Numbered from the stretch's first letter, positions 20,297-30,474 are shown. The stretch is DNA of 64,000 nucleotides from Candidatus Latescibacterota bacterium (GCA_965243025.1 CBDETY010000003.1:64001-128000); one strand, 5' to 3'. Numbers and translations: made by a program. Notes: a model not told the origin generated them from the sequence alone.

Positions 20297-20737
20297 TCAG
20301 GGTCCGACTTGCACCGAGTCCGGCTCGGACGGCGGCCCCTGGAAGAGGTTCCGGTCGTAGGCGCGGACGCGGGCCAGCAGCCAGGCGCCGGTCTCTCCCT
20401 CATCGGCGGCGATACCGTCCGTGTCGAGACCGCTCGACGTGAAGCTGCGCACGTCGGCTCCCTCGACGGCGCGCTCGTACACGGGGTTGCCGCGGTGGCT
20501 CAGGGTGACGAGGAACCCGTGCGCGTCGGAAACCGCTTCCATCTCCCACGTCACCCGCACCTCGCCCGTTTCCGTCCACGCCGCCTGCACCCGGACCGGG
20601 GGCTCGAGATTCTGGTGGAACGAGGTGACCGGCTCGTGGTCCTTGTCGCAGCCGGCGAGCAGCGCGATAGCGGCCAGCGCCGCCGGAACGGCTCGCCGCA
20701 GCAGGGCGCCTGCGCGCGCAATTGCGCAACCAGCCAC
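20297..20737 (-). CDS. Small lipoprotein with a fibronectin-III-like domain
   Basis: Lipobox LLAG-C. PPVRVQA..VRVTW ... RVRAYD..GPPSE follows the FN3 pattern. Confidence 0.65.
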   Translation of the reverse strand: MAGCAIARAGALLRRAVPAALAAIALLAGCDKDHEPVTSFHQNLEPPVRVQAAWTETGEVRVTWEMEAVSDAHGFLVTLSHRGNPVYERAVEGADVRSFTSSGLDTDGIAADEGETGAWLLARVRAYDRNLFQGPPSEPDSVQVGP

Positions 20738-22032
20738 TATTCAGCCGCCCGGAAGACGAAGGGATAGACCACCGTGACCTCCTGGGTGGAAGCCCGGCGC
20801 TGGAGGGCCTGAGAGGCAGCGACCGCACTCTGGCGGGAGGGGCCGGCGCCGCCCACCTCGTCGGTCTCTCCTCCCGTTGTGCCCTCGACACCCGGCAGGG
20901 GGGCCTCGGCCATCCCCTCCCCCGCGGTCCGGAAGCGCCAGGCCGACACCCGCTCCGCCACACATGAACCCACCTCGTCGTTGGCCACGCTCGCCTCGAC
21001 GACCTCGGAGCGCCCCACCAGCCCGCTGGGAGCGATGGTGAACTCGATCACCACCTCGCCCGCCACCGCCTCGCCGGCGTCGAACCGCTGGCTGAAACAG
21101 CTGTTCACTTCACCGAGGCGGGACCTCGCCATGGCGTTAACCGCGGCTGCGGTCCGGGTGGGGTCCCCGGGTACGTTGCCGGTAATGCTCCGCGGCCCAT
21201 CCGCCGTCGCCTCGGTCGTCGCCGTCTCGACCTCCTGCCGGTCCCGGGTCCTCTCCGCCACTTCGATACGTCGATGGAAGTCGAAGGGGATGTCCAGCGT
21301 CTCCAGGGGGCGCCCGAAGCTGTCGAACCTGGTGACGAAATCCACGAGCACCAGACGCACCTTCTCCGCCTCCGGGCGCGGAACGTCGAATGCTATCAGT
21401 CCGCCGTAGTCGTCCCCCTTGAAGACCGGTTCGTCGCGGCCGTAGTAGGTGCTGCGCACCACGCCCATGCGGTAGTCGAAACGGTAGTACTCGTTGCCGC
21501 TCTGTCCGCGACGCGACCGGTAGTAGCGCTCGAAGCTGTTGCCATAGGGAGAAGAGAGAGCGGAAACGCCATACGCGTGGAAGAGCTCCCCCATGTCGGT
21601 CTTCAGTACCGCTTCGGTGGGGCTCAGCTCCACCTTGGCGTAGGTGTAGTTGTGCACCGAGATCTCGAAGCAGACGAAGCGGACGGGAGTATGGCCGAGA
21701 CCGGGATCCACCCAGTCGCCGTAGGTGTATGGATTGGTCGAGTGCTCGCCCTGGGACGACTCGTCGGGATAGCGCCGGTTCAGCTCCTCGTCCGCAAGCG
21801 GGCGCACATCTATACGCAACCCTTCCAGACGGAAGGAGACCTGGCCGCTCTCGTCCACCTCGTAAACCCCCAGGCCGGTCTCCAGTTGTTTCCCGGAGAT
21901 CGCCGAAGTCAGGGAGGAGCGGTAGTCGAAGCTCCTGGGGAACAGGGAACAGCCATCCATCAGCACCGACAGGCTCAGGGCGACCGCAGCCGTCGGCCAC
22001 AGCCGCCCGCGCCTCCAGAGTCGCTCAGCCAT
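20737..22032 (-). CDS. Lipoprotein with C-terminal AgmX/PglI-type (TonB-C-like) domain
   Basis: Lipobox-like MDG-C. C-terminal VNSCF...GEVVIEFTIAPSG.V...VGSCV...WRF...VVYPFVF. Confidence 0.7.
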   Translation of the reverse strand: MAERLWRRGRLWPTAAVALSLSVLMDGCSLFPRSFDYRSSLTSAISGKQLETGLGVYEVDESGQVSFRLEGLRIDVRPLADEELNRRYPDESSQGEHSTNPYTYGDWVDPGLGHTPVRFVCFEISVHNYTYAKVELSPTEAVLKTDMGELFHAYGVSALSSPYGNSFERYYRSRRGQSGNEYYRFDYRMGVVRSTYYGRDEPVFKGDDYGGLIAFDVPRPEAEKVRLVLVDFVTRFDSFGRPLETLDIPFDFHRRIEVAERTRDRQEVETATTEATADGPRSITGNVPGDPTRTAAAVNAMARSRLGEVNSCFSQRFDAGEAVAGEVVIEFTIAPSGLVGRSEVVEASVANDEVGSCVAERVSAWRFRTAGEGMAEAPLPGVEGTTGGETDEVGGAGPSRQSAVAASQALQRRASTQEVTVVYPFVFRAAE

Positions 22033-22044
22033 ATCCCCTGCCCT

Positions 22045-23310
22045 TCACCGGCTCGCGGAATGCTCGTAGAAGTCGATGTGCTGCTGCGCTATCGAACCCT
22101 GCTGGGTCAGGGCGAAGACGACCATGTTGACCCCCATCTTCAACTGCGGCTCGTTCTCGTACTCCCGCTCCCAGTACTTGCCGTAGGCCTTGTCGGAGTA
22201 CACGGCCACCAGCCGGTCGCCCAGATAGATCCCCTCGAGGAAGTGAACGGGCTTGGATACGGCGTGCTGGATGCCGCGGGTGTCGCCCGTCAGCACACCC
22301 CTTCTTTCCCCGGACACGAGGGCCTTCCGGCTGACTTCCTCTCCCGGGGGCGGTCCGTCGAAGTCGAAGAAACAGTGGTATATGGGATGATCGTTGGGAA
22401 GGTTCCGGAAACGCGCCTTGTTGCCCAGCACCTGCTTGAACATCTTGCGCAGGGAGGCCTCGCCAGGCCCGTACTCCAGCTCTGCGACCCCGTTGTCGGC
22501 GAGGATGAACCCCCCGCTCTCGAGGTAGCGGCGCAGGCTCTCGATCTCCTTCTCGGTGATCTCGAAGGCGTCGTCGGCGGTGATGTACACGAACGGGGTC
22601 TCGAGCAGTTCGCTGGAGTCGATGAAGAGGTGGTTGTCGACGCGCGCCTCGATGCCGGTGTACCGGTTCATCGCCTCCACCAGCTTCGGAACGGCTCTGG
22701 GCGCATTCGGTTCGAGGTCCGTCCCCCAGGCCAGCGCCAGGTGGACGAATCCCTTGATATCCTGCCTGTTCTGCGGATCCTGGATCACCAGCGCCTTGTA
22801 CTTGCCCGTGTCCAGGGCGCGGACGTCGATGAACTCCTCCTGCATGCTGATCCGCTTCCCCGGTTCCTTGAAGCTGGCGACCTGCGCCGCGCTGTGGGCA
22901 GGCATCACCACCTCGTCACCGAGGGCGGCCCCGTCCTCCACGGAATAGGAAACCGTGGCCACCGTGCCGAAGACGTCGGGCCGGTCGATCCGCTTGCTCA
23001 GGGTGCGCACCTGCTCGGGCCTGGCGGTTGAGACCCTGCGCGTCATCACCCTCTGGGGCACCCGCTTCTTCTTCAACTCGAAGGGTTTCGTCATGCGCGG
23101 CTGGCGCACGAGGAACTCCACGGTCTGCGGCTTGGGCACGGGCTCTTCCCGCTGACTGAGCGTCAGGTAGAGTGCCATCCCCAGGTGGCAACCCAGGGCG
23201 ATCCCCAACCCCAGGTAGAGAAACTTGCGCGATCTGCGCCTGAGCAGGCGCAGATCGAGCCGGTCTGACGGTGTGGAAAAACGCTCTTCGCGCCGGGGAC
23301 GTGAAGTCAT
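22045..23310 (-). CDS. Membrane-anchored DUF4159 domain protein
   Basis: N-terminal TM plus linker, then PFVYIT, LRRYLESGGFILAD, LPNDHPIYHCFFDF, LEGIYLGDRLVAVYS and KMGVNMVVFALT. Confidence 0.8.
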   Translation of the reverse strand: MTSRPRREERFSTPSDRLDLRLLRRRSRKFLYLGLGIALGCHLGMALYLTLSQREEPVPKPQTVEFLVRQPRMTKPFELKKKRVPQRVMTRRVSTARPEQVRTLSKRIDRPDVFGTVATVSYSVEDGAALGDEVVMPAHSAAQVASFKEPGKRISMQEEFIDVRALDTGKYKALVIQDPQNRQDIKGFVHLALAWGTDLEPNAPRAVPKLVEAMNRYTGIEARVDNHLFIDSSELLETPFVYITADDAFEITEKEIESLRRYLESGGFILADNGVAELEYGPGEASLRKMFKQVLGNKARFRNLPNDHPIYHCFFDFDGPPPGEEVSRKALVSGERRGVLTGDTRGIQHAVSKPVHFLEGIYLGDRLVAVYSDKAYGKYWEREYENEPQLKMGVNMVVFALTQQGSIAQQHIDFYEHSASR

Positions 23311-23408
23311 GCGAACTCTGACCGGTGACTGTCTTGGCGCTGGCGCGGGAACAGGTCGGCGGAACAGCCGCTGAAAGCGGTCGCCGCTTTCCGTTCCGGA
23401 GGAAATGG

Positions 23409-23450
23409 GGTCCGGGTGCGCGCCCCGCAGCTGAGACGCGCACCCGGACC
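23409..23450 (-). terminator. Strong 14-bp stem-loop after the first gene of the leftward operon (terminator or mRNA stabiliser)
   Basis: Perfect inverted repeat ggtccgggtgcgcg / cgcgcacccggacc. The U-tract is weak. Confidence 0.6.
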
Positions 23451-23472
23451 TGGAGCCGGAGAGTCTGCCTGC

Positions 23473-25392
23473 TTACTTGAGCAGACTCATCCTCTTGGTA
23501 TCGGTATAGGACCCCGCCCGCATCTGATACAGGTAGACGCCGCTCGAAACAGGACGGCCGCTCGCATCGCGCCCGTCCCAGGTCGCGGTATAGAAGCCGG
23601 CGTTCATGACTTCGCCGTCAGCCAGCCGCACCACTTCCTGTCCGGCGGTGTTGTAGACCGTGAGGACCACTTCGCTGCGCTGGGGAATCTCGAAGCCCAG
23701 GGTGGTCATCGGGTTGAACGGGTTGGGGTAATTGTCGCCCAGCGAGAATTCCCCGGGGAGGCCGTCCCGCTGCTCTTCCACGACCGCCGTCGCCTCGCCG
23801 CCGATCATGCCCCGGCGGATTGCTCCGGGAGTGTGCACGAGCCAGCCCGGCTGCTCCTCGCTGTCCCACTCGTTCCTCGCGATCTGTTGCCTGTCGAAGA
23901 TGTGATCGAACCCCATCGAGTCGTAAAAGCCGTCGTAGTTGTTTCCGAACTCGTGGTACTGGATGCCCCCGTAGGTGAAATTGTTGGCGCCGTCGACTTT
24001 GAGCCGGGCCAGGCCGTTGCCGTCGGGGCCGATCACGAGTCCGATATACTGACTGAAGACACCCTGATCGCCGTTGGGACCGGTAAAGAACATGCCGTAC
24101 GGCCCGGCATTGATATTCTGCGAGGCTCGCCGCATGACGAGCTCGTTCCTGGTCTCCGGATCGTTGTCGTGGTCCCAGTCGATGGTGTCGCTCCAGCCGT
24201 CGCCGTTGTCGTTTATCCAGAGGACCTCGCTGTCGTGGGAGACGAAGGGGATCCAGGGATTGAAGTGGGTCACCGCGGCGACTCCTCTCGGGTTCAGCCC
24301 GGAGTCGACCGGCCCGTTGGACCAGGGAACCTCGTTCCCTTCGGCGTCGATTCTGACACCGGTGAAGACGTCGCCGAGGTCGATTGCGTGGAGGACCTCG
24401 CCGGTGGTCGGATCCAGCTTGATCACCGACGAAGTGAAGTCGGTCCTGTTCCAGCTGTCTACCCAGATGGCATCGTCGTACCAGTGGCAGTTGTAGACTC
24501 TCGACGGCAGCGGGAAATGACCGTTGTCGCCCCATTCGGTCACCGGCTCGACGGTTCCGTCATCCTTCATGAGGAGTTTGTGCACCCCCGTCGAAGGCCC
24601 CGAGAACATGGTTACGTAGACGGTGTTCTCCGCGGTCGGATCGAGCTGGATCCCGTTCGCCTGCAGAATCGCGTCCGGCTCGCCGCCCGCGTCGTTGACC
24701 GCCCTCATGTAGTCCGACGCATCGAATTGCTCGTAGGCGTCCGGGCTGGCCGCGTAGTCGGTGCCGATGAAGCTGCGGATTATCACCCTCTCCTCGAACC
24801 CCCTGCGGCCGTAGGGCGCCCAGACTTCCGGCGGGTCCTTCCTCCAGTCGATCGACCAGTCGCTCCAGGCGTCGTTGGCCACCCGGGCCACGGTGCGGGT
24901 GTTGTCGCCCCGGACGATGAGGTAGAACTGGTACTCCCCGGCCGCCACCGCGTCGCCGTCCATGTTGGTCCCGGGCCAGGTGATCGCATGCGAGCCGGCC
25001 CCGAAGTGAACCCCGTCCTGGGGCGTGCGCCACACCATGACATCGATGTTGGTGTTCTCGCCGCGGGCGATGGCACCCTCGGTGCCGTCCACCCATTCCT
25101 GCGCATCGTTGTCCCAGCGGCCGTCCGGTTTCCAGGCTACTGCCGGGGGATTGTACCCCGAAGTGTAGACGGCGGCGTACACCGTTGCGGGTTGGTCGAT
25201 CTCGAACGGAATGTCCACCGGCGTGCTGCCGTCGAACTCCGCCAACGCCTCCGGCACCGTCACCGAAATCGCTTCGGGCGGACCGCTGACCGTGGGGGTC
25301 CAGTTGGGTTCGTCGACGTCGTCCTGAGCCGATGCCGCGCCGGCCAGAGCGATGCATCCAGCTGCTGCGCAGACCGTTATCCATCTGGCCAT
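23473..25392 (-). CDS. Secreted protein: FlgD-Ig-like N-domain, probable beta-propeller, T9SS type-A/FlgD-like C-terminal sorting domain
   Basis: Signal peptide ending ASA-Q. C-terminal LGDNYPNPFNPMTT...WDGRDASGRPVSSGVYLY..TKRMSLLK. RBS aaggag is present. Confidence 0.8.
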   Translation of the reverse strand: MARWITVCAAAGCIALAGAASAQDDVDEPNWTPTVSGPPEAISVTVPEALAEFDGSTPVDIPFEIDQPATVYAAVYTSGYNPPAVAWKPDGRWDNDAQEWVDGTEGAIARGENTNIDVMVWRTPQDGVHFGAGSHAITWPGTNMDGDAVAAGEYQFYLIVRGDNTRTVARVANDAWSDWSIDWRKDPPEVWAPYGRRGFEERVIIRSFIGTDYAASPDAYEQFDASDYMRAVNDAGGEPDAILQANGIQLDPTAENTVYVTMFSGPSTGVHKLLMKDDGTVEPVTEWGDNGHFPLPSRVYNCHWYDDAIWVDSWNRTDFTSSVIKLDPTTGEVLHAIDLGDVFTGVRIDAEGNEVPWSNGPVDSGLNPRGVAAVTHFNPWIPFVSHDSEVLWINDNGDGWSDTIDWDHDNDPETRNELVMRRASQNINAGPYGMFFTGPNGDQGVFSQYIGLVIGPDGNGLARLKVDGANNFTYGGIQYHEFGNNYDGFYDSMGFDHIFDRQQIARNEWDSEEQPGWLVHTPGAIRRGMIGGEATAVVEEQRDGLPGEFSLGDNYPNPFNPMTTLGFEIPQRSEVVLTVYNTAGQEVVRLADGEVMNAGFYTATWDGRDASGRPVSSGVYLYQMRAGSYTDTKRMSLLK

Positions 25393-25459
25393 GGTACTCT
25401 CCTTTGTCGAAAGGAAGTGGGAGAAACACTCGATAAATGCCGAATGCTCGATGGAGCCC

Positions 25460-25545
25460 GATAATAGCCAATCTACCTGTCAAATCCAATAATAATCGAT
25501 TGCAATAATTGCTTGACACCCCACATGGGCACGTCCATCGTATTC
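25460..25545. promoter_or_regulatory. AT-rich divergent promoter region with LacI-type operator-like palindrome
   Basis: AATCGATT palindrome at 25494-25501 (taatcgattgca), between outward-facing TTGACA hexamers at 25513-25518 (+) and 25483-25478 (-). The -10 elements are not clear. Confidence 0.5.
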
Positions 25546-25649
25546 CGACTTCACCGCTCCGGCCAGCGAGGTCGAAACAGCTCGATGAAGGTCTCTGACA
25601 AGCGGACATCCGGAGCACCTGCTCCAGGCACTGTCGCCAGGAGGTCGCA

Positions 25650-27755
25650 TTGGTAGCGGCATGCGGACTCCGGCCGGCTCTGATCGCCTCCCTCGCGGCG
25701 GCATTCACCGTCGCCGCCAGTGCTGCGGCGGACGGCGAGATGCTTTCGATCGACCGCTGGCCGACAACGACCTGGTACCGCTACGATTTCACAACCGGAT
25801 CCGGGGGAGGGGGCACCATCCGCCTCACCGCCGTGGACCGGTACGTGCTTTTCCTCAACGGCCAGAGGGCCGGCGACGGTGCGGACTGGACCGCGCTCGA
25901 GGAGCATTCCGTCGACCTCGAGGACGGCGACAACCACCTGGGGCTGGTGGTCGACAGCGACGGGGACGGCTCGGGCGCCGGCCTGATGGTCGAAATCGTC
26001 GCCGGGAACGAGCAGTTCGTCAGCACCGTGACAGGGCCCTGGTACTGGAGCGGCCTGGAGCCGGAAGACGATGCCTGGCTGACCGACCGCGACATCGCCA
26101 ACGAACCGTCCTGGCAGCGGGTGCAGACGGCGACGTTCGACCGGTCGCGGATCTCCGGCTTCCAGAGCCTGGAGGTCGAGCCGGTCGCCGGCTTTCCCGG
26201 CGGCGTCGAGACCAGCCCGCATGGGGAAGGCGCCCTGCAGCTGCGCCAGATCGACGGCGAGAACCTCGCCGCTGGGGTGTTTGCCGCCCCGGCCGAGATA
26301 ACCGACGGCGATCTCAAGACGGCGTGGAACCTGTCGACGGGGGCTCTCAACGACTTCGCCCGTGTCGACCTGGGCCGCCGCCGGAGCGTCAACCGGGTGC
26401 GCGTGATCACCGAGGGGGACGACGCCGAAGAGCTCGAAGGCAACTCGCTGAGAGGCTACTCGGTCCAGATCAGCGACGACCGCTTCCGCTGGACGGAGGT
26501 GGGCGCCCTGTTCGGGATCACCGATTACCGCGAGACCGAGGTCGGCTTCCCGGCCGTCACCACGCGCCATGTGAGGATCGTGGTGACCGAAGTAGCCCGC
26601 GGCCTGTCCCCGAGCGTCGCCGAGGTGGAGGTCTTCGGCACCGGTTTCGCCGAAAGCGCCAGCTATCTTTCGCCCCCTCTCGAGTTCGACGCACCGGATT
26701 CCCCGAAGAACTTCGGCCTCGTCACCTGGGAGGCGGAGGTGCCGGAGCGTACCGGTCTCAGCCTGCAGTTTCGCAGCGCCGGAGCGGACATGGAGTGGAG
26801 CGACTGGAGCCGCCCCTATGCGGAGAGCGGCGTCTTCGCCGGTGTTCCCGAACCCCGGACACTGCTGCAGTACCGGGCGGGCTTCTCGACCAGCGACAAC
26901 AGCCGTACTCCGGCTCTGCGCTCGCTGCAGCTGCAGTTCGACGAAGGGCCGCTCGCCGCCGGCGGGGCGTCGGGCTCGATCAGTCCCCGCTCCGTCCCGA
27001 TGGGGCGGGATACCACGTTCGTCTACGAGGTGAACCTGGATTTCTCGGGGGACGAAGCCGGGGTGGAGAAGCTGTCCATCGACGTCCCCTCCCGGGCGGG
27101 GGCGGCCGGCAGCGTCACGGGGCCGGATGGCCAGGCCCTGCCGGTTGACAGCCGTTTCGATGCCGCAAGCCGGCAGTTCGTCGTGACCTTCACTCCTCCG
27201 ATCGCGGCAGAGGACGGGATTACCTCCATGCGTATTCCCTTCACCACGGCCCAGTTTCTGCCGCGGTTCGATTTCCGGGCCCGTCTCTTCGCTCCCGGCA
27301 GCGACAATCCGCTGGAAGCAGCCGAAGACCGCCAGGTGGATGAAGACACGGGGGAAGTTCTCAGATCGTGGGTGGTCTCCGTCTCCGAAGTGGTCGACGA
27401 GCTGCTCGTCCGCGCCGAGGCCAGGCCTCGCGTCATCACTCCCAACGCCGATGGCCGCAACGAATTCACCGTCATCGAACTGGTCATCAGCAAGCTCGCC
27501 GAGCCCCAGGGCGTCGAGATCCGCCTCTTCGATCTCGGCGGCCGGCTGGTGCGCGCCCTTCCGCCCGCCCGCCTGAGCGCCGGCACCTACCTCCATCCCC
27601 GGGACGCGGCGCTGGCCAGGCAGACTCCCGGGTTCTGGGACGGCGCGGATCAGGGCGGCAATCCCGTACCCCCGGGCAACTACATCTATCGAGTCGAGAT
27701 CGATCTCGGCGACCGTACCGAGGTCGGCATCGGCACCGTAGCGGTCGTCTACTAG
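25650..27755 (+). CDS. Secreted discoidin (F5/8 type C)-domain protein with T9SS type-B-like (TPNxDG) / FlgD C-terminal domain
   Basis: Signal peptide, ITDGDLKTAW..VDLG..RVRV..YSVQISDD..RHVRI..AEVEVFG, PRVITPNADGRNE and WDGADQGGNPVPPGNYIY. Confidence 0.75.
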   Translation: MVAACGLRPALIASLAAAFTVAASAAADGEMLSIDRWPTTTWYRYDFTTGSGGGGTIRLTAVDRYVLFLNGQRAGDGADWTALEEHSVDLEDGDNHLGLVVDSDGDGSGAGLMVEIVAGNEQFVSTVTGPWYWSGLEPEDDAWLTDRDIANEPSWQRVQTATFDRSRISGFQSLEVEPVAGFPGGVETSPHGEGALQLRQIDGENLAAGVFAAPAEITDGDLKTAWNLSTGALNDFARVDLGRRRSVNRVRVITEGDDAEELEGNSLRGYSVQISDDRFRWTEVGALFGITDYRETEVGFPAVTTRHVRIVVTEVARGLSPSVAEVEVFGTGFAESASYLSPPLEFDAPDSPKNFGLVTWEAEVPERTGLSLQFRSAGADMEWSDWSRPYAESGVFAGVPEPRTLLQYRAGFSTSDNSRTPALRSLQLQFDEGPLAAGGASGSISPRSVPMGRDTTFVYEVNLDFSGDEAGVEKLSIDVPSRAGAAGSVTGPDGQALPVDSRFDAASRQFVVTFTPPIAAEDGITSMRIPFTTAQFLPRFDFRARLFAPGSDNPLEAAEDRQVDEDTGEVLRSWVVSVSEVVDELLVRAEARPRVITPNADGRNEFTVIELVISKLAEPQGVEIRLFDLGGRLVRALPPARLSAGTYLHPRDAALARQTPGFWDGADQGGNPVPPGNYIYRVEIDLGDRTEVGIGTVAVVY

Positions 27756-27801
27756 ACGGGCAGACTGCAGGGATCGGGCTGGCAGACTGGACGGATTCGC
27801 C

Positions 27802-30474
27802 ATGAAACGGTACCGGGCGGGGATTCTGGCGGCAGGGGGCTGGGCAGTGCTTTTCAGTCTCCTTCACGACAGCGTCCATGCCCAGTTCCTCAACCGGCAG
27901 TTCTATCCGCGCTGGCAGCAGGAGAAGTACGAGAACCTCGCCACCATCGGCTACCGCGGCTACGACATCGACAGCGAGCAGCGCACCTTCGATGCCTTCG
28001 GCATGTACATGCTGGACGGTGTCGAGGTGTTCCGCCTCGAGGAGTTTCGCAGTATCGACCCCTTCGACGGCAGCCTCCTGTTCAAGGATTTCGCACTGAC
28101 CAACCTGTTCCAGAACCTGGTGATATCCAGCGACAGCTACCGCACCTGGTCCAGCAGACTGACGATCGGCAGGGCCGTGGAGTCCACCTTCACACCTCTG
28201 ACCCTCGACGTCGCCCGTCTCAACGGCGTTCGCTGGGACGCGGCGACCCGGCGCAACCGCTTCGCGGTGGTGGCCTCGCGCGTGTCCGACCCCATCCTCT
28301 TCGGAGGGCTGCGCAGCCGGGAGTTCGCCAACTACCTCTACGGGGGCCGCTGGGAGGGGACCCTCGGCGACGTGCTCACCTTCGGAGCCTCCTACGTCAA
28401 TCTCCACTACATCGACAGCCTGGCCGGCAGCAGGAGGAGCTCGCAGAAGGGCAACCTTCCCAACGACCTGCAACCCCCCGAGACCCTGTTCGTCCTGGTC
28501 TGCGACGACTCGCCCGACGACGGGTCCGGCGGCAGGGTGTACGACATGGTGATGCAGGTGGACGGCGTTTCCCGCGCTGACCTGACCCCGGAAATCCGAC
28601 GGGTGGAAGACATCGAGCACGAGCGCGAGCTGACCGTGGAAGAGGTCTCCCACCTGCGGCGGCGGCGGTCGTGGTTGAGCACTCTGCTGCCCTGGACGTC
28701 GATGCGAAACCTCATCGACGATGCCCCGGTCGTTTCGCCGAACGGACAGGAATACCTCGAAGCGAGCGGCACGGATGTTCTCGTCTACCGCTTCGACGTT
28801 CCCCGCGGCGCCTCCGCGGTGGAGTTCGAGGCGCTCGTCTCCCACGACTACAGCATCGACGTCGCGGCCGAGCTGCCCCGGCGAGGCGTTGTCGGCATCA
28901 CCTGGGACGACTGGCACAACGTGCTGCGGGCGCCCGGCAATCCCGGGGCCGGGGATGCCAACCCGCAGAGGAAGAGATTCTCCTACTCCGCCTCAACCGG
29001 GATCGCCACCTACGGAGCCGATATCGATCTGGCGCTGTACGGTTTTGCTCTCGAGGGGGAGTACGCGCGCAATTTCGACTTCTCCCAGTACCCGGCATTC
29101 GACGGCCGCCGGTTCGAAGGACAGCGCGATGCCTGGTACCTGACCCTGGAGCGGCCGTTGGGAAAATGGCGGCTGGGCATGGAACTGTTCGACATGCCGG
29201 CGACTTTCTCGACGGATTTCACCTACTGGCGGCAGGATATCAACCAGTTCGACGTCTACCGCATGGTGGAGGACAACGACGACCGCGACCAGTGGCCGGA
29301 CAACTGGGAGCACTGGGAGCCCCTCGATTCCCGATACACCCTGCAGTCGGTAGGCCGCCCCACCCCGGAAGCCAACCGCAACCTGGTTCCGTCTCCCGAC
29401 GTGGCGATCGGTTTCGGGGTCTTTCCGGGACTGGATGAGGACGGGGACGGCACGCCGGACACCAACGTCAACGACAACGAGCTGCCCGACTACCTGGAGC
29501 CCTTCCTCATGTACCACGTCGAGCCGGAGGACTTCGTGTTCGGAGACGACTTCAACAACAACGGCATCGTCGACGTCCGGGAAAACGACAACCTGCCCGA
29601 CTATCCCTACGAGCTCGACTCGGGAGGGCCGCACACCTTCGCCGCGTACCGTCCCTCGCCGGCGTTGGACATGACCGCCGGCTGGTACGGTATCGCACAG
29701 ACTGCGGGAGGGGGCGAAAACCGGGCGGCCTATCTGCGGCTGCGCCACCACCGGAAGCTGTCTTCGACGAGCCACCTCGAGTTCAACTACCTGGGCAGGA
29801 GGGTGCGCGACGACATCCCTTCGAGCACCTACGAGTTCAAGGTCGATCCACGAGTGCTGGGGAACTTCTCGATCCATGCGCGGCCCGATCCGCTGGAGAT
29901 GCGCAACAGCCTCGTCAACACCCTGTTCGCCAGGGCCCGGTCGCACCCGGTTTCCTCTCTGCGCCTGGAGACCATTTTGCGCTGGGAGCAGAACAACCAG
30001 CTCGAGGAGTCCGGGCAGGCGCGGGCGATCCAGGAAGAGCGCACCCTCCGTGGGTGGAGGGCGGTCGCCAAGGCCGACTACCTGCGGAAATGGCGCTCCT
30101 TCTCGCTCATGCCGATGGTCAAGTTCACCACGGCGCGAAAGACCGCCTCGGATGCCGAAGAGGCACTGGTTCGGGATTACACCCTCTTCCCGATCATCCG
30201 CCTCGACTACCATGCATCGCCGCGAACCGTGGTGCGGACCGGGGTCCAGGGATTTCCGGTCCTGTTCAAGCACCGCTTTCGCAGCGGCACGCCCGAGGTC
30301 GACGACTTCGACGCCGAACACTTCATCTTCACCGTGCAGACGCGGGACAACTACATCGGCTACGACGCGAGCTTCCTGATGGGCTACAAGGCAAGCCGGT
30401 TCGAATTTCCGGGAGACAGCTCGGCCGGGCCGCGAACCACGAGCGAGGTCTTCCTTCACATGCGGGTCGAATGA
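27802..30474 (+). CDS. Putative outer-membrane protein with Asp/Asn-rich Ca-binding-like repeats, paralog 1
   Basis: Signal peptide (VHA-Q), TFTPLTL..LNGVRWD, DNDDRD and GVFPGLDEDGDGTPD...PDYLEPFLM. The C-terminal half has amphipathic beta-strand patterns. Confidence 0.6.
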   Translation: MKRYRAGILAAGGWAVLFSLLHDSVHAQFLNRQFYPRWQQEKYENLATIGYRGYDIDSEQRTFDAFGMYMLDGVEVFRLEEFRSIDPFDGSLLFKDFALTNLFQNLVISSDSYRTWSSRLTIGRAVESTFTPLTLDVARLNGVRWDAATRRNRFAVVASRVSDPILFGGLRSREFANYLYGGRWEGTLGDVLTFGASYVNLHYIDSLAGSRRSSQKGNLPNDLQPPETLFVLVCDDSPDDGSGGRVYDMVMQVDGVSRADLTPEIRRVEDIEHERELTVEEVSHLRRRRSWLSTLLPWTSMRNLIDDAPVVSPNGQEYLEASGTDVLVYRFDVPRGASAVEFEALVSHDYSIDVAAELPRRGVVGITWDDWHNVLRAPGNPGAGDANPQRKRFSYSASTGIATYGADIDLALYGFALEGEYARNFDFSQYPAFDGRRFEGQRDAWYLTLERPLGKWRLGMELFDMPATFSTDFTYWRQDINQFDVYRMVEDNDDRDQWPDNWEHWEPLDSRYTLQSVGRPTPEANRNLVPSPDVAIGFGVFPGLDEDGDGTPDTNVNDNELPDYLEPFLMYHVEPEDFVFGDDFNNNGIVDVRENDNLPDYPYELDSGGPHTFAAYRPSPALDMTAGWYGIAQTAGGGENRAAYLRLRHHRKLSSTSHLEFNYLGRRVRDDIPSSTYEFKVDPRVLGNFSIHARPDPLEMRNSLVNTLFARARSHPVSSLRLETILRWEQNNQLEESGQARAIQEERTLRGWRAVAKADYLRKWRSFSLMPMVKFTTARKTASDAEEALVRDYTLFPIIRLDYHASPRTVVRTGVQGFPVLFKHRFRSGTPEVDDFDAEHFIFTVQTRDNYIGYDASFLMGYKASRFEFPGDSSAGPRTTSEVFLHMRVE

